Source of the DNA: Octopus sinensis
Taxonomy: Eukaryota
Assembly: GCF_006345805.1 (NCBI RefSeq)
Contig: NC_042997.1
Location: forward strand, 109,182,001 to 109,246,000
Direction of reading: 5' to 3'
DNA: 64,000 nucleotides
The notes under the pieces were generated by a model, which was given only the letters and a program-made list of their open reading frames with translations, searched no databases and was not told the origin of the DNA. The position numbers and the translations under genes were made by a program. Numbering within the stretch: the stretch's first letter is position 1; every line of letters begins with the position of its first letter. This document shows, piece by piece, positions 40,592 to 53,697 of the stretch.

Positions 40592-42035
40592 TTCAAACAA
40601 CTTGCAGATGCAAGTGCTACCAGTTGAAAGCTCTGCATACCAGGCGCCACCAAGTTTGTGGGGTTATCAGGAGAGAATGCACGCCGTTTCAGAGCCTACC
40701 TCTTTACGGCAACATTGCGCACCGGTCCCCGTCACTGAAATGAGGCCCTGCTTGCTAGATGAACTGGTATCAGATATAGCCCAATGTTCTTGTAGCTATC
40801 GCTCATCGTCTCTTTTTAACCAAATCCAGTGGCTTACCTTTTCCACTGTTGTTTAGATATCACTCACTGTGGTATTTGTTTTACGACGAGTCAGGCCTAA
40901 CGCTAACAGCAGTCGCCTCACACTGTGTCAAACGAATCCTCTACATCCGACATCGACGGGAAAATGCTCTGCTTTCCAGCCTGCGTCTTCACATTCCTCG
41001 AAGAGGTTTTCATAACCATCAATCTTTTGAGCCCGAGGTGGGGGGACCATATTATTTTCATGAAGAACCGTTAACTCGACTAGATTCACCACTTTCTTTC
41101 TTTCACACCATATTTCTTTGTAACTGGGATGGGAAAGACTCTTTGGCACCTCAGTAAATCTGCAGCCACCTCCCAATAGCCGTTCCACTTTTCATCCCTC
41201 ACAGGAAGTTTCTTCTTCAAACGGATCTGTTGTCCAGAGCGCACGAAGGTAATGAAGTATCTGGTTCTTTCAATAGCTTTTTGCCAATCTTGATGAGAGC
41301 AATTTGATTCTTTATAGCATTGAAGATAACCTTAAGGACCAGATTGTTTCTCCATGTATATTCAATGCCAATGAGAAGTTGGAAAGAATATGTTTCAGTG
41401 TTCCGACATTTCCGCATCTGCACGTGTCATTTTCTGAGACGTTTCATCTTTCTAGATTCGTAGGCGATATCAAGACATCGCAGGATGAACGAATCAGAAA
41501 ACTTAGACGTGATGTAGTCCACCCCGTATCTCAGTCCAACTGATTTTTCTCTTAACAATATGTTCCTCCCATTTCATCACCTGTCCTTGTTGAGAGCATT
41601 GGATCAACTGAAGCTCTCGTCTTTCTGTTTCCCTTGTTTTGACATTGTTGCTAACAACAGATCTGCGTTCGCTCCGTATCATACTCGCAAACGGTCTGAA
41701 CCAATCTGCGCCAAATCCAAGTCCCTCGGTGTGTAAGTGAAGACAGAATGTCATCAGTCTCTGCTTCTGCTTTCCAATTCAAGGCTGTTTTTACATCTAG
41801 TGGATTACGCCTGATTTCTAAGTCCTTCGAATCTCTCAGCATCATCACCGTTCGTACCTTCTCTAGTTTATAAATTTCGACTATTGACACCAGTGATTAC
41901 TGCGACGAGCCTCTTTTACGATAAAGAGCCGAACTGTTCAATATACGAGGTAGGTCTAGCCACTTTCCAATGAATGCATTACGCTTTTGTTCATTGATAT
42001 GAACTCGTGACAGTACCAGCTCGTATATTACAAGT
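40592..42035 (-). pseudogene. Decayed HERO-like RLE non-LTR retrotransposon, 3' part, ending at (CA)n
   Basis: VRTVMMLRDSKD..VKT..WKAE, QQGQVMKWE, YTWRNNLVLK, VVNLVELTV..EN...KIDGYENL..C...GWKAEHFPVDVGCRGFV. Confidence 0.8.
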
Positions 42036-42067
42036 GGTCACAAAAGGCGCGGATACAAGTCGATATG

Positions 42068-42231
42068 GAGTGGCTGTCTGGTAAGTAGCTTGCTTACCAA
42101 CCACATGTTTCCGGGTTCAGTCCCACTGCGTGCCACCTTGGACCAGTGTCTTCTATTATAGTCTCGGGCCGACCAAAGCTTGTGAGTGGATTTGGTAGAC
42201 GAAAACTGAAAGAAGCCCGTCATATATATGT

Positions 42232-42262
<31 letters not shown>

Positions 42263-42263
42263 C

Positions 42264-42306
<43 letters not shown>

Positions 42307-42527
42307 TGTGTGGTGTTTGTGTGTGTTTGTGTTTGTGGTCTGTGTTTGTCCCAACACATCGATTGACAAACGATACTGGTGTGTTTAGATCCCCGTAACT
42401 TAGTGGTTTGGCAAAAGAGACCGATAGAATAAGTACTAGGCTTACAAAGAATATGTCCTGGGGTTTATTTGCTCGACTAAAGGCGGTGCTGCAAATGACT
42501 GAAACAGGTAAACGAGAGAGTAAAAGT
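42068..42527 (+). mobile_element. SINE family 2
   Basis: Matches 2144-2635; interrupts the HERO-like remnant. Confidence 0.85.
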
Positions 42528-43658
42528 GTATATACATACACACACACACACATACATATGTATATATACATACATACCACTAATACTCATCCTGTCAGGT
42601 GTATAAGACTACATTTCAAATATTTAGTATTTAACAAGTATGGCGGTGAATTAGCAAATTGTTCGGAGCGTGAGAGAGAATGCCTTGTGCTGTGAGTTCA
42701 AACTCTACCGATATCAAATCTACCTTTCAAATTTATGGGGGCAGGGCAATAAAAAAGTACGACTGTCCGGCCGGGAAATGGCAAAACTTTGCAGAATTCT
42801 CCTTGGCATTTTGCGCTCTAAATCAAAAACTGCCTTCTTTCACGGACCTCCCGTGACCGGGTCCCTGCCGTTGATAGTTCATCGGTAATCGGTATTGGAC
42901 CGAGCGGTATGTTGATTCGATTAACATCAAGGACATATTAGTCAATGCAGGGATTTTACGTTACAATGTCTCCATGAATGTGGAACATCTACTCCGTGGG
43001 ATAACAGTTAAAACGGGCAAATAGGTGTTCAACGGACAAACAGGTGTTAACGGCTAAATAGGTGCTTATGTCAGACATATAACAATTAGAACTAACTGAC
43101 CATAAATTAGTTGCCAATTAAGACCGTTAGCAGTGTCTGTGTTAAATTGTTGTTGGTATATTATTAGAACTCCTACTTCGATAAAGTCAATCTGAAACAA
43201 TTTAGTCTGGAGTCATGTTCGGAGGAAATCGTGTATTTCGAAGGGATCGCGGAGCCTCTTGCTCTGTAGACTAACCGACGCGGAGCCTCTTCCACATATA
43301 TCGTGTGTGTATGTGTGTGTGTGTGCGTGCGTGCACGAGAGTGTGTGTGTGCGAGAGCGTATGTGTGTGTGCGTTTGCGTGTGTGCGTGAGTTTGTGTGC
43401 GTGCGCGTGTGTGTGTGCGTTTGCGTGTGCGCGTGTGTGAGCGTGCGTGTGTATGTGTGGGTGTGTTTGTATGTGTGTGTTTGTGCGTGTGCGAGAGTGT
43501 ATGTCTATATGTTTCCGCGTGTGTGTGTGTGTGTGTCAAAGTTCTCTTGTATTCTACTATCCTCATAAGTTCAGAATGAAAAAAAATTGTGCTGTTTCAA
43601 TATTTTCCTATATATACTTGTGTGTGTATATATATGTATATATATATATATATATATA

Positions 43659-43675
<17 letters not shown>

Positions 43676-43711
<36 letters not shown>

Positions 43712-43839
43712 TGTGTGTGTGTGTATGCGTGTGTTTGTGTATGTATACAGATACAAAAAATACAGAGTTGAGGAAATTGAAAACGCAAATGGCAGGCAAT
43801 CAAAATATACATTTACACACACACACACACACACACACT

Positions 43840-43919
<80 letters not shown>

Positions 43920-44667
43920 CGTGTGCATATAAATGTATATTTTGATTGTACGCCATTTGCGTTTTCAATTGTGTGCGTGTGTGTTTGTATAGACATATAT
44001 TATACATAAATGTGTATCTAATCTATCTGTGTCTGTGAGTATTTATACACACATTCATACGCATACACGCGGACACATATATTTATACGTGTCTGTGTTT
44101 GTGCGTGCGCGTGTGTTTGCGTTTCTTTGTTTTTGCTTTCATATATATATATATATATATAATATATATATTATATATATATATATGTATGTGTGTGTGT
44201 GGTGTGTGTGTGTGTGTGTGGTGTGTGTGTGTGTGAGTGTGTGTGTGTGTATGCGTGTGTTTGTGTATGTATACAGATACAAAAAATACAGAGTTGAGGA
44301 AATTGAAAACGCAAATGGCAGGCAATCAAAATATACATTTACACACACACACACACACACACTCACACACCACACACACACACCACACACATACACACAC
44401 ACACACACACACATACATATGTATATATATATATATGTGTGTGTGTGTGTGGTGTGCATATAAATGTATATTTTGATTGCACGCCATTTGCGTTTTCAAT
44501 TGTGTGCGTGTGTGTTTGTATAGACATATATTATACATAAATGTGTATCTAATCTATCTGTGTCTGTGAGTATTTATACACACATTCATACGCATACACG
44601 CGGACACATATATTTATACGTGTCTGTGTTTGTGCGTGCGCGTGTGTTTGCGTTTCTTTGTTTTTGC

Positions 44668-44671
<4 letters not shown>
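43676..44671. repeat. Tandem duplication of about 0.5 kb, each unit holding a 200-bp palindrome
   Basis: Units 43676-44140 and 44186-44671 bounded by (TA)n; arms AATTGAAAACGCAAATGGC...GCCATTTGCGTTTTCAATT at 43775-43970 and 44301-44501. Confidence 0.9.
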
Positions 44672-44708
<37 letters not shown>

Positions 44709-45354
44709 TAGATAGATGCGAACGAAGACTTTTCTATCGGTCCCTTTCACCCCATCCCTTTCGCTGTAACCCTAACCGTCTCACTGCACCGGCAGATGTG
44801 TAGCAGTACGGAAACCTTCCTCGTGTTGCCTACAGCAGAGGCATTCAGAGACAACAGTAGAACATAAAGAATTTCAACACTATATGACAACACTCTTGAC
44901 GAAATCACGAAGTATTTCTGTCTCCCTTATGTAAGCAATGGACTCCACCTGATTCCACTAAAAAAGGCACCCCAACCCCATCCATACACGGTAAAAATGG
45001 TTTGTTGCCAGCAAGACAGATTACAAACAGGCGGCTCTTCGGTTCTGAAAGGACTTTATAGTCGGAAACGATAAAAGACAGTCTGCCGGAACTTTGTCTT
45101 TGATTGGAAAGTTCACCACCTCCACGTTCTAGAAGGAAATAAATACACAGTAATATATCTATAATTGTATGTATCTATGTATACGCACTTATATGTTTGT
45201 ATATATGTGCGTATGCCTGCATATATATATAGATAGATATAGATGTATATGCATATATATATGCACATATATATATACATTTATATACATACACATACAC
45301 GTTTATACACACACATATATATGCATTTATATATATGCATATAAATTTAAATAA

Positions 45355-45533
45355 TAAGGGTAAAAATTGATATTAATTTGATTAATATCAGTTTGAACTA
45401 GTGGCCTAGCATATAGAAAAAATCTGAAGATTCAGAAAAATTATATTACATGCATATAAGAGGGATGATCACTAGGTGGACATTAAATATGCTAAATGTA
45501 GACCCCACCTAGTGGTCATCCTTCTTATATGTA
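45355..45533. mobile_element. Short pLTR-like fragment with terminal hairpin, in (TA)n
   Basis: 45451-45479 inverted at 45505-45533; resembles family B (GGACAT..AA..TGCTAAA, AAAATCTGAAGATTC also at 27709); no HHR retained. Confidence 0.5.
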
Positions 45534-45565
45534 TATATATGCATATATATATATATATTATATAT

Positions 45566-45641
<76 letters not shown>

Positions 45642-45688
45642 TATACTTGGTATATATTTATATATACATATATATATATACATATGCA

Positions 45689-46224
45689 AAGGCCCGAAAT
45701 TTTTGGGGAGGGGGGCAGTCGGTTTGGTACGCAACTGGTACTTAATTTATAGATCTCTAAAGGATGAAATACAAAGTCGACCTCGGCGGGATTTGAACTC
45801 AGAACGTAAGACAGCCGAAATACCAATGTCTTTAATACAGAGAGGGCAAACGGGGACAGATAAACGGATTAAGTCGATTACATCGACCCCAGTGCATAAC
45901 TGGTACTTTATTTATCGACCCCGAAATGATTAAAAGTAAAGTCAACCTCGGCGGAATTTGAACTCAGAACGTAGCGGCAGACGAAATACCTCTTTCTTTA
46001 CTACCCACAAGCGGCTAAACACAGATAGGACAAACATGGACAGACAAACGGATCAAGTCGATTGCATCGACCCCAGTGCGTAACTGGTACTTAATTTATC
46101 GATCCCCAAAGGATGAAAGGCAAAATCGACCTCGACGGAATTTGAACTCAGAACGTAACGACAGATGAAATACCGCTAAGCATTTCGCCCGGTGTGCTAA
46201 CGTTTATGCCAGCTCGTCGCCTTA
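45689..46224 (-). mobile_element. SINE family 1, trimeric
   Basis: Head at 46224 followed by three GAGTTCAAAT.CCG.CGAGGT.GA.TTT cores. Confidence 0.85.
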
Positions 46225-47251
46225 GGTGGAACTCATATTATAAGCGTATGGAATGGATTCTGTTGTCATCCAAGTCTGCCTTTAATTAGGAACCACTGCT
46301 TACCTTCAGGAAGGAAGAAAATCTAACCTTGGAGGCTAGTACGGAAGAGTTTGGTGAAAAGCATTTTCATCTCAGACTAAGCCGTCAATAAATTACTGAA
46401 ATTACATCTGAGAAGCAAGATTAAGGCTCAGAGAAATATGCTGCATTCAAATAAATCTTATGTAATATGTGTGAGAAGGGAAGAATTCGTGCTGCCAAAT
46501 TGGTCTGAATTAATTTTGCTACTATAGGCCAGTGGCAAGAATTGAGAGACGGTGCTCTCCCAATATGTGTGAGGATAATCTGAGGTTGTGTGTGGGGTAA
46601 CCCGTATCACACAAAATATTTGTCTCTAATTTTGTTCATCTTTAGCTCTTTTGCTAATCCTTTTTGGATTCTTAAAGAATTTCTTTTACGCCCTCTAAAA
46701 CCCTATTTGCTCTCAATTTTCTTTTGCATTTTTGTTTTCTCCTAAAATCCTTGAAAATTTAAAATTAACATTCCGTGACATTATTACTAAATTGCTTACA
46801 GTTATCTCCCCTTTCCTTTCCCCTAAAAGAAAATGAAATTTCACCAAAGTTGATTTATCAGACATACACGTATGTATTTGTGCGTGAGTCCCCGCGCGTA
46901 TGTTTAGATGTATGAATCTATGTGTGTTGCTCTATATTGAATCCGAAAGCGTCAACGTGATGATAGACTAATATTGGTGTGGGATAAGATATTCCGGTAA
47001 TTAGGATGTCTGTAAACAGAGGGCTGTTTTTGACACGCTCAGTCTCGGGTAGATGTTTGGGATTCCCGTAATACTGCTCGCAACAGATGCCTCCCGTCCA
47101 AACATTTGCAGAAACAAGCATAGCAGTGAGTACGATGCCTCAATTACAGGTTGATGTGAGCGAAAGATAAAGCTGGATAGACAGATAGGCAGGGTGGATA
47201 ATAAGAGGTGAGAGGGTGACGAAACAGATAACGATACAGCACTACATACAT

Positions 47252-47287
<36 letters not shown>

Positions 47288-49310
47288 ATGCGTGTACATA
47301 CATTCATACATATAAGAAAGAGAGGGAGAAATGTCACTGGGAGTTGAAAAGCATTTGGCTGGAAGCTGCCATCTTTTCTACATTTGTTGAAAATTTAATG
47401 AAAATGCAATTCCGTTTCCTCAATGTGCGAATAAGGTGACACGGGATGTCACAGTTGATGCCAACTTTTCCAAATTAGACATATTTTCTCTCTCTCTAAC
47501 ACGCATACACACACACATACTCTCTATGGGCTATGTTTAAAAGTGTATATGGTGTGTGTGTGTGTATCTATGTCAATATATGAATATTTATAAATATACT
47601 TACGCAAGCTTGTGCACAATCTCACACACTCATGTATTGGTGTGAGTATATATACATATATGTATATATATATAGTCAAGTTTGTGTAAACATATACGAG
47701 TTATGTGTAAATGTATAAGAATATAAGTATACATAGATAAATACATTTATGTTTATATACATCCGCAAATGCTTACACACACACACACACACAGATGTAT
47801 ATTAAAACGTGAAATAAGATTTAGATTTATTTAATAAAAGAAAGGGAAATAAAAGAGAGTTGTGGAAAGTTTGACTATTGCTGGTTGTGAATGTGTTGCG
47901 GCATCAAATGGTAAAATGGTAAATTATCTTTCGAAGAATTAAAACCCGAAGCTGTTGATATTTAACCTGAGTTTGCCGTTATTCCTGGTAATTCTGCGAC
48001 GGCAAGTGCCTAGCTTTGAAAATTGAAATTTGGTGATGGAAACGATTCCTGCAATAATCCGTGAGACTTCAATGTGTCGAAGGCTGTTTGAAGGACTTTA
48101 GCTTTTTAATCCCACTCGCAACTCAGAGAATTTCCCGTAGACTTTTTGATGGTTTTGGAATTTGCATATTTATATTGGTTTTAAATTTTGACACAAAGTC
48201 AGCAATTTGGTGGGTGGAGTGGGAGGGGGGAGCAAGACGATTACACGGACCCCAGTGTTACAATTGGTACTTATTTTATTGACGTTGAATGGAACGTTAC
48301 TTAAGGGAACGTAACGAAACCAATACCAGGTGTCCAGCAGTGGGAGAATAGACAAAAACACACGTAATCATTACAACCACCCACGCATATATATGTGTAT
48401 GTAAGTATGTATGTATGTATGTATACATACATACATATATATATATATATATTATATATATATATATTATATATATTATATATATATGTATATACAAACA
48501 CACACACACACTCATATATATATATATTATATATATATATATGTATATATATACACCCATATACAACGGGCTTCCTACATTTTCCGTCTAGCAAATCTAC
48601 TTAGAGGATTTGGTCAGGCTTTAGTAGAGGACACTTGCCCAGGGTTCCACGAAGCAGGACTGAACCGAAAACTGCGTAAGATGATTACTATTCGTCGCAA
48701 ATATTTTGTCCATGAATACGGCTTAGCCGGAGCTGAGATTATGCATGGATTTACGTAGGCTTCACGAGAATCCCCAAAAGAGGAGACAAGGATGATGAAG
48801 TATTATAATGACAATATAATTCTGTTTCTAACATTAACCAACTTTTTTTTTCGAAAATAAATTAATATTAGTTACAAGTTTTCTGTTAACTAAATACACA
48901 AAAATGGCTTTTAGAGAACAAAGAGATCCAAAAATAAGAAACTTGTTTGAAGTCTGAGCAGTAAAAGCGGCATTTATTGCATTAAATAATGTAATTAATA
49001 ACTGCATTTCCTCGACTTAATTAAATAGGCAAAGGAGAATAGAGTTATAACTGACTGTATGTATACATACTTATACACACACACGCATGCAAGCACTCGC
49101 TCACGTACAAACACATACATATATACAGTATTTTAGTATAAAATACTGCACATCTAAATTTCCTACTCGTGTGTACGTATAAGTGTGTGTGTGTATAGGT
49201 GTCTGTGAAGGTGCTTGTAGGTTCCTCTCAAAAAGAGAGAGACAGAAACACAGATACACGTGTATAGATACATATACACACAAATAGGCAAGTATATATA
49301 TATATATATA

Positions 49311-49520
49311 TATAAAGTTAATCCAAAGTAGAAAACAAAAACAAAAAAACAACAACGCAAGGACGTGGAACAAATAAAGTATTATTGGACGCTCAGGAAA
49401 GAAGGGAAGAAGGAGGGTATGACGTTTCGAGCGGAGCTCTTCGTCGGAAACATAGGAGAAGGAAAGATCCCGAGAAGGGAAGACGGGAAAAAAATCGATA
49501 GTGATACAGACGAGGTCACA
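49311..49520 (-). mobile_element. HHR unit family L, in (TA)n
   Basis: HHR 49417-49451 (minus) GTTT-CCGACGA-A-GAGC-TCC-GCTC-GAAACGTC|ATAC; the same tail recurs on plus at 54371-54446, again running into (TA)n. Confidence 0.65.
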
Positions 49521-50035
49521 TACTACTCAAAATAAGCAACAAGGATATCCAGAGGTACTGCATTACCTCTGGATATCCTTGTTGCTTATTTTGACTATAA
49601 TCATCCCATTTTGAATTATATGGATAATACCATACCAAATTCTGGTGCCTTTAACCTAACTAACCTATTTTTAACTTTCTGTATTTTTTGGTTTGAGACA
49701 TTTTGGAGGTAAAGCAGACAATCATCGCGATAAAGACCTCCACAGATGTCCAGGGGAGAAATTAATGTGATATTGACTGCTAGGAAATCCTTCATCCAGT
49801 TCGATAGCAAGTTGTGGGTCCGCAGAGATACCCCTAATGCGTTCGATGTACTAATAGGAAGTACAGACAGCGCCCAGATAGCCGATTTGGTCGGAATTTA
49901 TATTCTTTATGAAATGGCCGACTAATTCCCGGACATCTGTGGAGGTCTTTATCGCGACGATTGTCTGCTTTACCTCCAAAATGTCTCAAACCAAAAAATA
50001 CAGAAGGTTAAAAATAGGTTAGGTTTTTTGGTAGA

Positions 50036-51298
50036 ATGGGCTTGCACATCGTTTTTGACCATGAGTTAACTAAAGCCAACTTCTTAGACATTACCCTCAA
50101 TTTACAAAATAATTCATACTTCCCTTACCATAAACCCTCCACAAATCTTAAGTATATTAGCCTTTACAGTAATCATGCCAAGCCCGTTACTGATAATTTA
50201 GTCAAAAACATATCTTTGAGACTTTCTAAATTATCTGCCAATGTTGACATCTTTAACCAAATCGCAGGCTTTTATAACGCCGCCTTGGCAAAAGCCGGCT
50301 ATAAGGAGAAAGTGTCATACATAGATTCAGCTCATTCTAAACCAACATCTGCTTCTCCAGATAGAATAGTTACTTGTAATAGGAATAGTAGTTTTAATTC
50401 TAATAGTGCCAGCAACACTATGCAAAATATAAATTCTTTACGGACCAAGGGAGGTAAGCGCCGTTCAACCCCAAATTTTCAACCCAGTAATTTTCCTCTT
50501 ACTTTCACAAATAACTCTACGTACAAGTCAAAGGCCACTAAGAACAGTATCTGGTTCGTAATACCTTTCGGTAAACAAATTAAATCGAACCTTCCCTTAC
50601 AGTTCCGTGAAGCCGTCGCTAGGAACTTTCCCAGAAATTCTAGATATTATTCTATTATCAATTCTCACATAGTAAGAATCGCTTTCTCTAACACTAGAAA
50701 TCTTTCACAAATTATATCTTCTCACAATACCAAGCTGATAAATAGAGATTCTTTACCCGGGAGTTCCAACATAAATCTTACTAATTCCAACCCATCATAC
50801 AGTCATACTAATAGGAATAGTATTAATAGTAATAGCAATGGTAGTAGCGATAGTGTTAACAATGATAATATTAATAATAGTATCAGTCGTGTTAATAACA
50901 ATGGTAATGTTGATAGTGATAACAATAACGGAGAAATTACTGATTGTATTACCATTAATAATACTAACAATAATACGAATAGTGGAGTTGCTAGCGCTAA
51001 TAATAATAGTAACAACAATCATAGCAATAAAAATTTCGTTTCGATCACGGAGGACAACCCCAACAGAATTAAATTTTTGTCTAGTAATTCTAAGATCGAG
51101 AATTCTATTTACCAGTGTAGAAACTCCTCTGGTACCGATGTCTTCTTCTATATAGGAGCGTCCTCTTCCCAGTTATCCAAGAGAATTTCAAACCATTATT
51201 CAACATTCAGGGATAGTAAACAACGACATAGTACAGGGCTAAGTAAATTAGTTTGGCGTCTTAAAGACAATAATATAGATTTCAAGTTCCCCTTGTAA
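50036..51298 (+). CDS. PLE RT thumb, Asn-rich linker and GIY-YIG endonuclease (fragment of a disrupted ORF)
   Basis: NFLDITLNL..YFPYHKP..YISLYSNH; IYQC...FYIGASS..KRISNHYSTFR...STGLSKLVWRLKD; upstream TAA at 49923 and a 4-nt deletion near 50020. Confidence 0.88.
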   Translation: MGLHIVFDHELTKANFLDITLNLQNNSYFPYHKPSTNLKYISLYSNHAKPVTDNLVKNISLRLSKLSANVDIFNQIAGFYNAALAKAGYKEKVSYIDSAHSKPTSASPDRIVTCNRNSSFNSNSASNTMQNINSLRTKGGKRRSTPNFQPSNFPLTFTNNSTYKSKATKNSIWFVIPFGKQIKSNLPLQFREAVARNFPRNSRYYSIINSHIVRIAFSNTRNLSQIISSHNTKLINRDSLPGSSNINLTNSNPSYSHTNRNSINSNSNGSSDSVNNDNINNSISRVNNNGNVDSDNNNGEITDCITINNTNNNTNSGVASANNNSNNNHSNKNFVSITEDNPNRIKFLSSNSKIENSIYQCRNSSGTDVFFYIGASSSQLSKRISNHYSTFRDSKQRHSTGLSKLVWRLKDNNIDFKFPL

Positions 51299-51643
51299 AT
51301 ACGCTCATAGAGAAATCCTATAAATGTAAGCACTGGCAGAAACATACTTTTTACTCTTACAAATGATTATGATAGGCATCGTGCTTTGAACAATTAGCTT
51401 AACATACACTCCACTTCAATAGTGAAATTCTTTCCTAAGCCTTTGAACTTTCTTAATCAACATACCCTTCTCTTTCCACTGGTTCCCTACCTATCATTCC
51501 TTTAAGCCTTCTCTTCCTACTATCTAACTTTGACGTCAAATCTTCTAACGGTTTTTTTAAAATATCACTTGTTGTCGTTTTGTTTACCATGTTGGCAGTC
51601 ATCGAAATTTTTGTTTGTTTTGTTGCCGAGAGAGGCTCCCTTT

Positions 51644-51725
51644 CTTTCCTGATGAGAAGATTGCATCATACACCCTTTATTCCTTTGGAATGAAAGCATG
51701 TGGTCTTCGAAACATATGTCGAGAG
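51644..51725 (+). ncRNA. Type I hammerhead ribozyme in PLE 3' pLTR
   Basis: CTTTC-CTGATGA-GAAGATTGCAT...ATGTGGTCTTC-GAAAC-ATAT-GTC|GAGAG; 11-bp stem II, palindromic ACATATGT stem III. Confidence 0.9.
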
Positions 51726-52209
51726 TAAAGGAATTTTGTTAACATCTTCGTTCGACTCCATTCTTTCATTTATTCATATATAACACACAAATTTCTGCAA
51801 ATTAACCCGAAGTTTCTACCCTTGGACAGATCGCTTCAACCGTGTTTCTGACGCGAATTTTCTACCCTGGTATCGGTTCAACGAATTTTCAATGCTGACG
51901 ATAAACATAGGATAATTCATTTACCTATTGAAATATATATATATCATATACATTTACGAGTATAAACATACATGTATATATTTCCAGTGTATGTGTGTAC
52001 CTCTATGTGTGGGTATATATGCGTTCGTGTTTATACGTTGTGTCGTTAAAAATGCTGCAACTTAGCAGTACGTCAAATAATTAGGGATAAAATGCATCTC
52101 CAAGTTCAAATGAATATTAGGGTCGATGTGTTCTACTCAATCCCTTGTAAGCAGAGCCCTCTCGTGGCCGAAGTCTCTATGCTGAAACCAGTAAAGAAAA
52201 AACTTCATA

Positions 52210-52346
52210 GTTTCCCAACCACATGGTTCCGAGTTTAGTCCCATTGCGTAGCACCTAGAGCAAGTGTCTTCTACTATAACCTCGGGGCGGCCAAAGCCTT
52301 GTGAGTGGATTTGGTACATGAAAACTGAAAGAAGCCCGTCGTATAC

Positions 52347-52395
<49 letters not shown>

Positions 52396-52430
52396 TGTGT
52401 GTGCCCCTGTGTTTTACCACCCACCCACCA
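52210..52430 (+). mobile_element. SINE family 2 fragment
   Basis: Family head and core. Confidence 0.75.
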
Positions 52431-52439
52431 TTGTCTGTC

Positions 52440-53113
52440 TATCTATTTGCTTTTTGCATCTAATCGATGTGTTATGCCCGTCGAAGCTGCTCGTGAGATT
52501 TGTACTGTGTATGGAGAAGGAGCAATGCTTCAAAGTACCGCCCACCTCAAGAGCGGATCACACATCACTCGACCAATTGAGTGCGATGAACCTTGCCCAT
52601 TGTATGAAGGTGGTTCACCACAGTTTTTTTAAAAATCACAATCCATCTGTTCCGCCATTACTCTGGTCGTTTGACGTGGATTTTCGTGAAGAAATTGATT
52701 CAATCGCTCTTCATCGAACTCAAGTGGTCGACCGATGTTTGATCCGTCCTTCAGGTCAAAATTCTCATTTTTGAAGCGCGAAAACCAACGGCTGGTGGTA
52801 CTTTGAGGCATTGCTGTTTCGCCACACACAGCACAAATCTCACGATAAGCTTCGGCAGGTTTAACACCTCGATTAAATGCAAAAGCAAATGGTGTGGAAA
52901 AGGCTCAGTTTTGTCCACTTGACATTCCATTTTAATATTCTGAAAATACACAAAAATCAATGAAACTAAAAAAAAATCAAAACACACTGTCCTGTAGAGC
53001 AAAACATTCTCTTTCAAACAACAAAACATTTTGCCGATGCGTTTTATTTCTGCGTCCATTTTAAAATTTGTTATATAAAAAAAAAAAACTCGCGAATTAT
53101 TCCTCGATCCAAA
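52440..53113 (-). pseudogene. Mariner transposase 5' remnant (52629-52930, minus) with an opposite-strand related fragment (52440-52595)
   Basis: REICAVCGETAMPQSTTSRWFSRFKNENFDLKD...GRPLEFDEERL...ENPRQTTR (HTH plus GRP); plus fragment EAAREICTVYGEGAM. Confidence 0.85.
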
Positions 53114-53497
53114 ACACATACTTTGAGACGCCATCATCGTTTCGCTGCTGGCTGATTGCTGTGCAGTGAATTTGCCTTCAGACATTAAAATATGCCGCAA
53201 ACATATTTTAACTAGCCTTAAGTTCGCCCCCCACCTCCTCTCGCACGCACATACACAGGCAATAGATCTTCGTACATTTTCCATCAAAGAAGTCCCATTT
53301 TTTGAGTAGCCAAAAAAATAATGGAAGATATTGGCCTAGGATACCACGCAGTGGTATCGAACTCAGAACCATTTAATTGCAAACCAAACATCGCAAATAT
53401 GTTAGCGACTGCTAGTTAGGAAGTTTTTAGTTGACATCATCATCATTGTCGTCATGGTAATCATCAGCCTCTTCCTTTTCGTCATCATTATTCTCGT

Positions 53498-53507
53498 TAC
53501 CACCACC

Positions 53508-53553
<46 letters not shown>

Positions 53554-53643
53554 CCACACCAACACCAACACCATCACCATCATCATAATCGTCCCCATCA
53601 TCATCATCGTCATCATCATCGTCACTATCATCATCATCGTCAC

Positions 53644-53686
<43 letters not shown>

Positions 53687-53697
53687 GTCATCACCAT
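53498..53697. repeat. (CAC)n(CAA)n(CAT)n compound microsatellite
   Basis: Direct inspection. Confidence 0.95.

Larger units (their letters stand above)
49650..51935 (+). mobile_element. Penelope-like retroelement (Naiad-like), 5'-truncated with 5' inversion, 3' pLTR with HHR, ending at a short (TA)n
   Basis: RT from about 49755 ARKSFIQFDSKLWVRR..FDVLIGSTDSAQIADLVGIYIL..GLYRDDCL; 49650-49751 is an inverted copy of the YRDD region; GIY-YIG; HHR 51644-51725. Confidence 0.9.

Noticed and set aside
43012-43067. Three 18-19 bp imperfect repeats AACGG..AAA.AGGTG.T
   Set aside because: Contiguous minisatellite without spacers in eukaryotic DNA; not CRISPR
45041-45075. CTGAAAG-GACT-TTAT-AGTC-GGAAACG hammerhead-like motif
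   Set aside because: G8/A9 of the core missing and no stem I or III pairing
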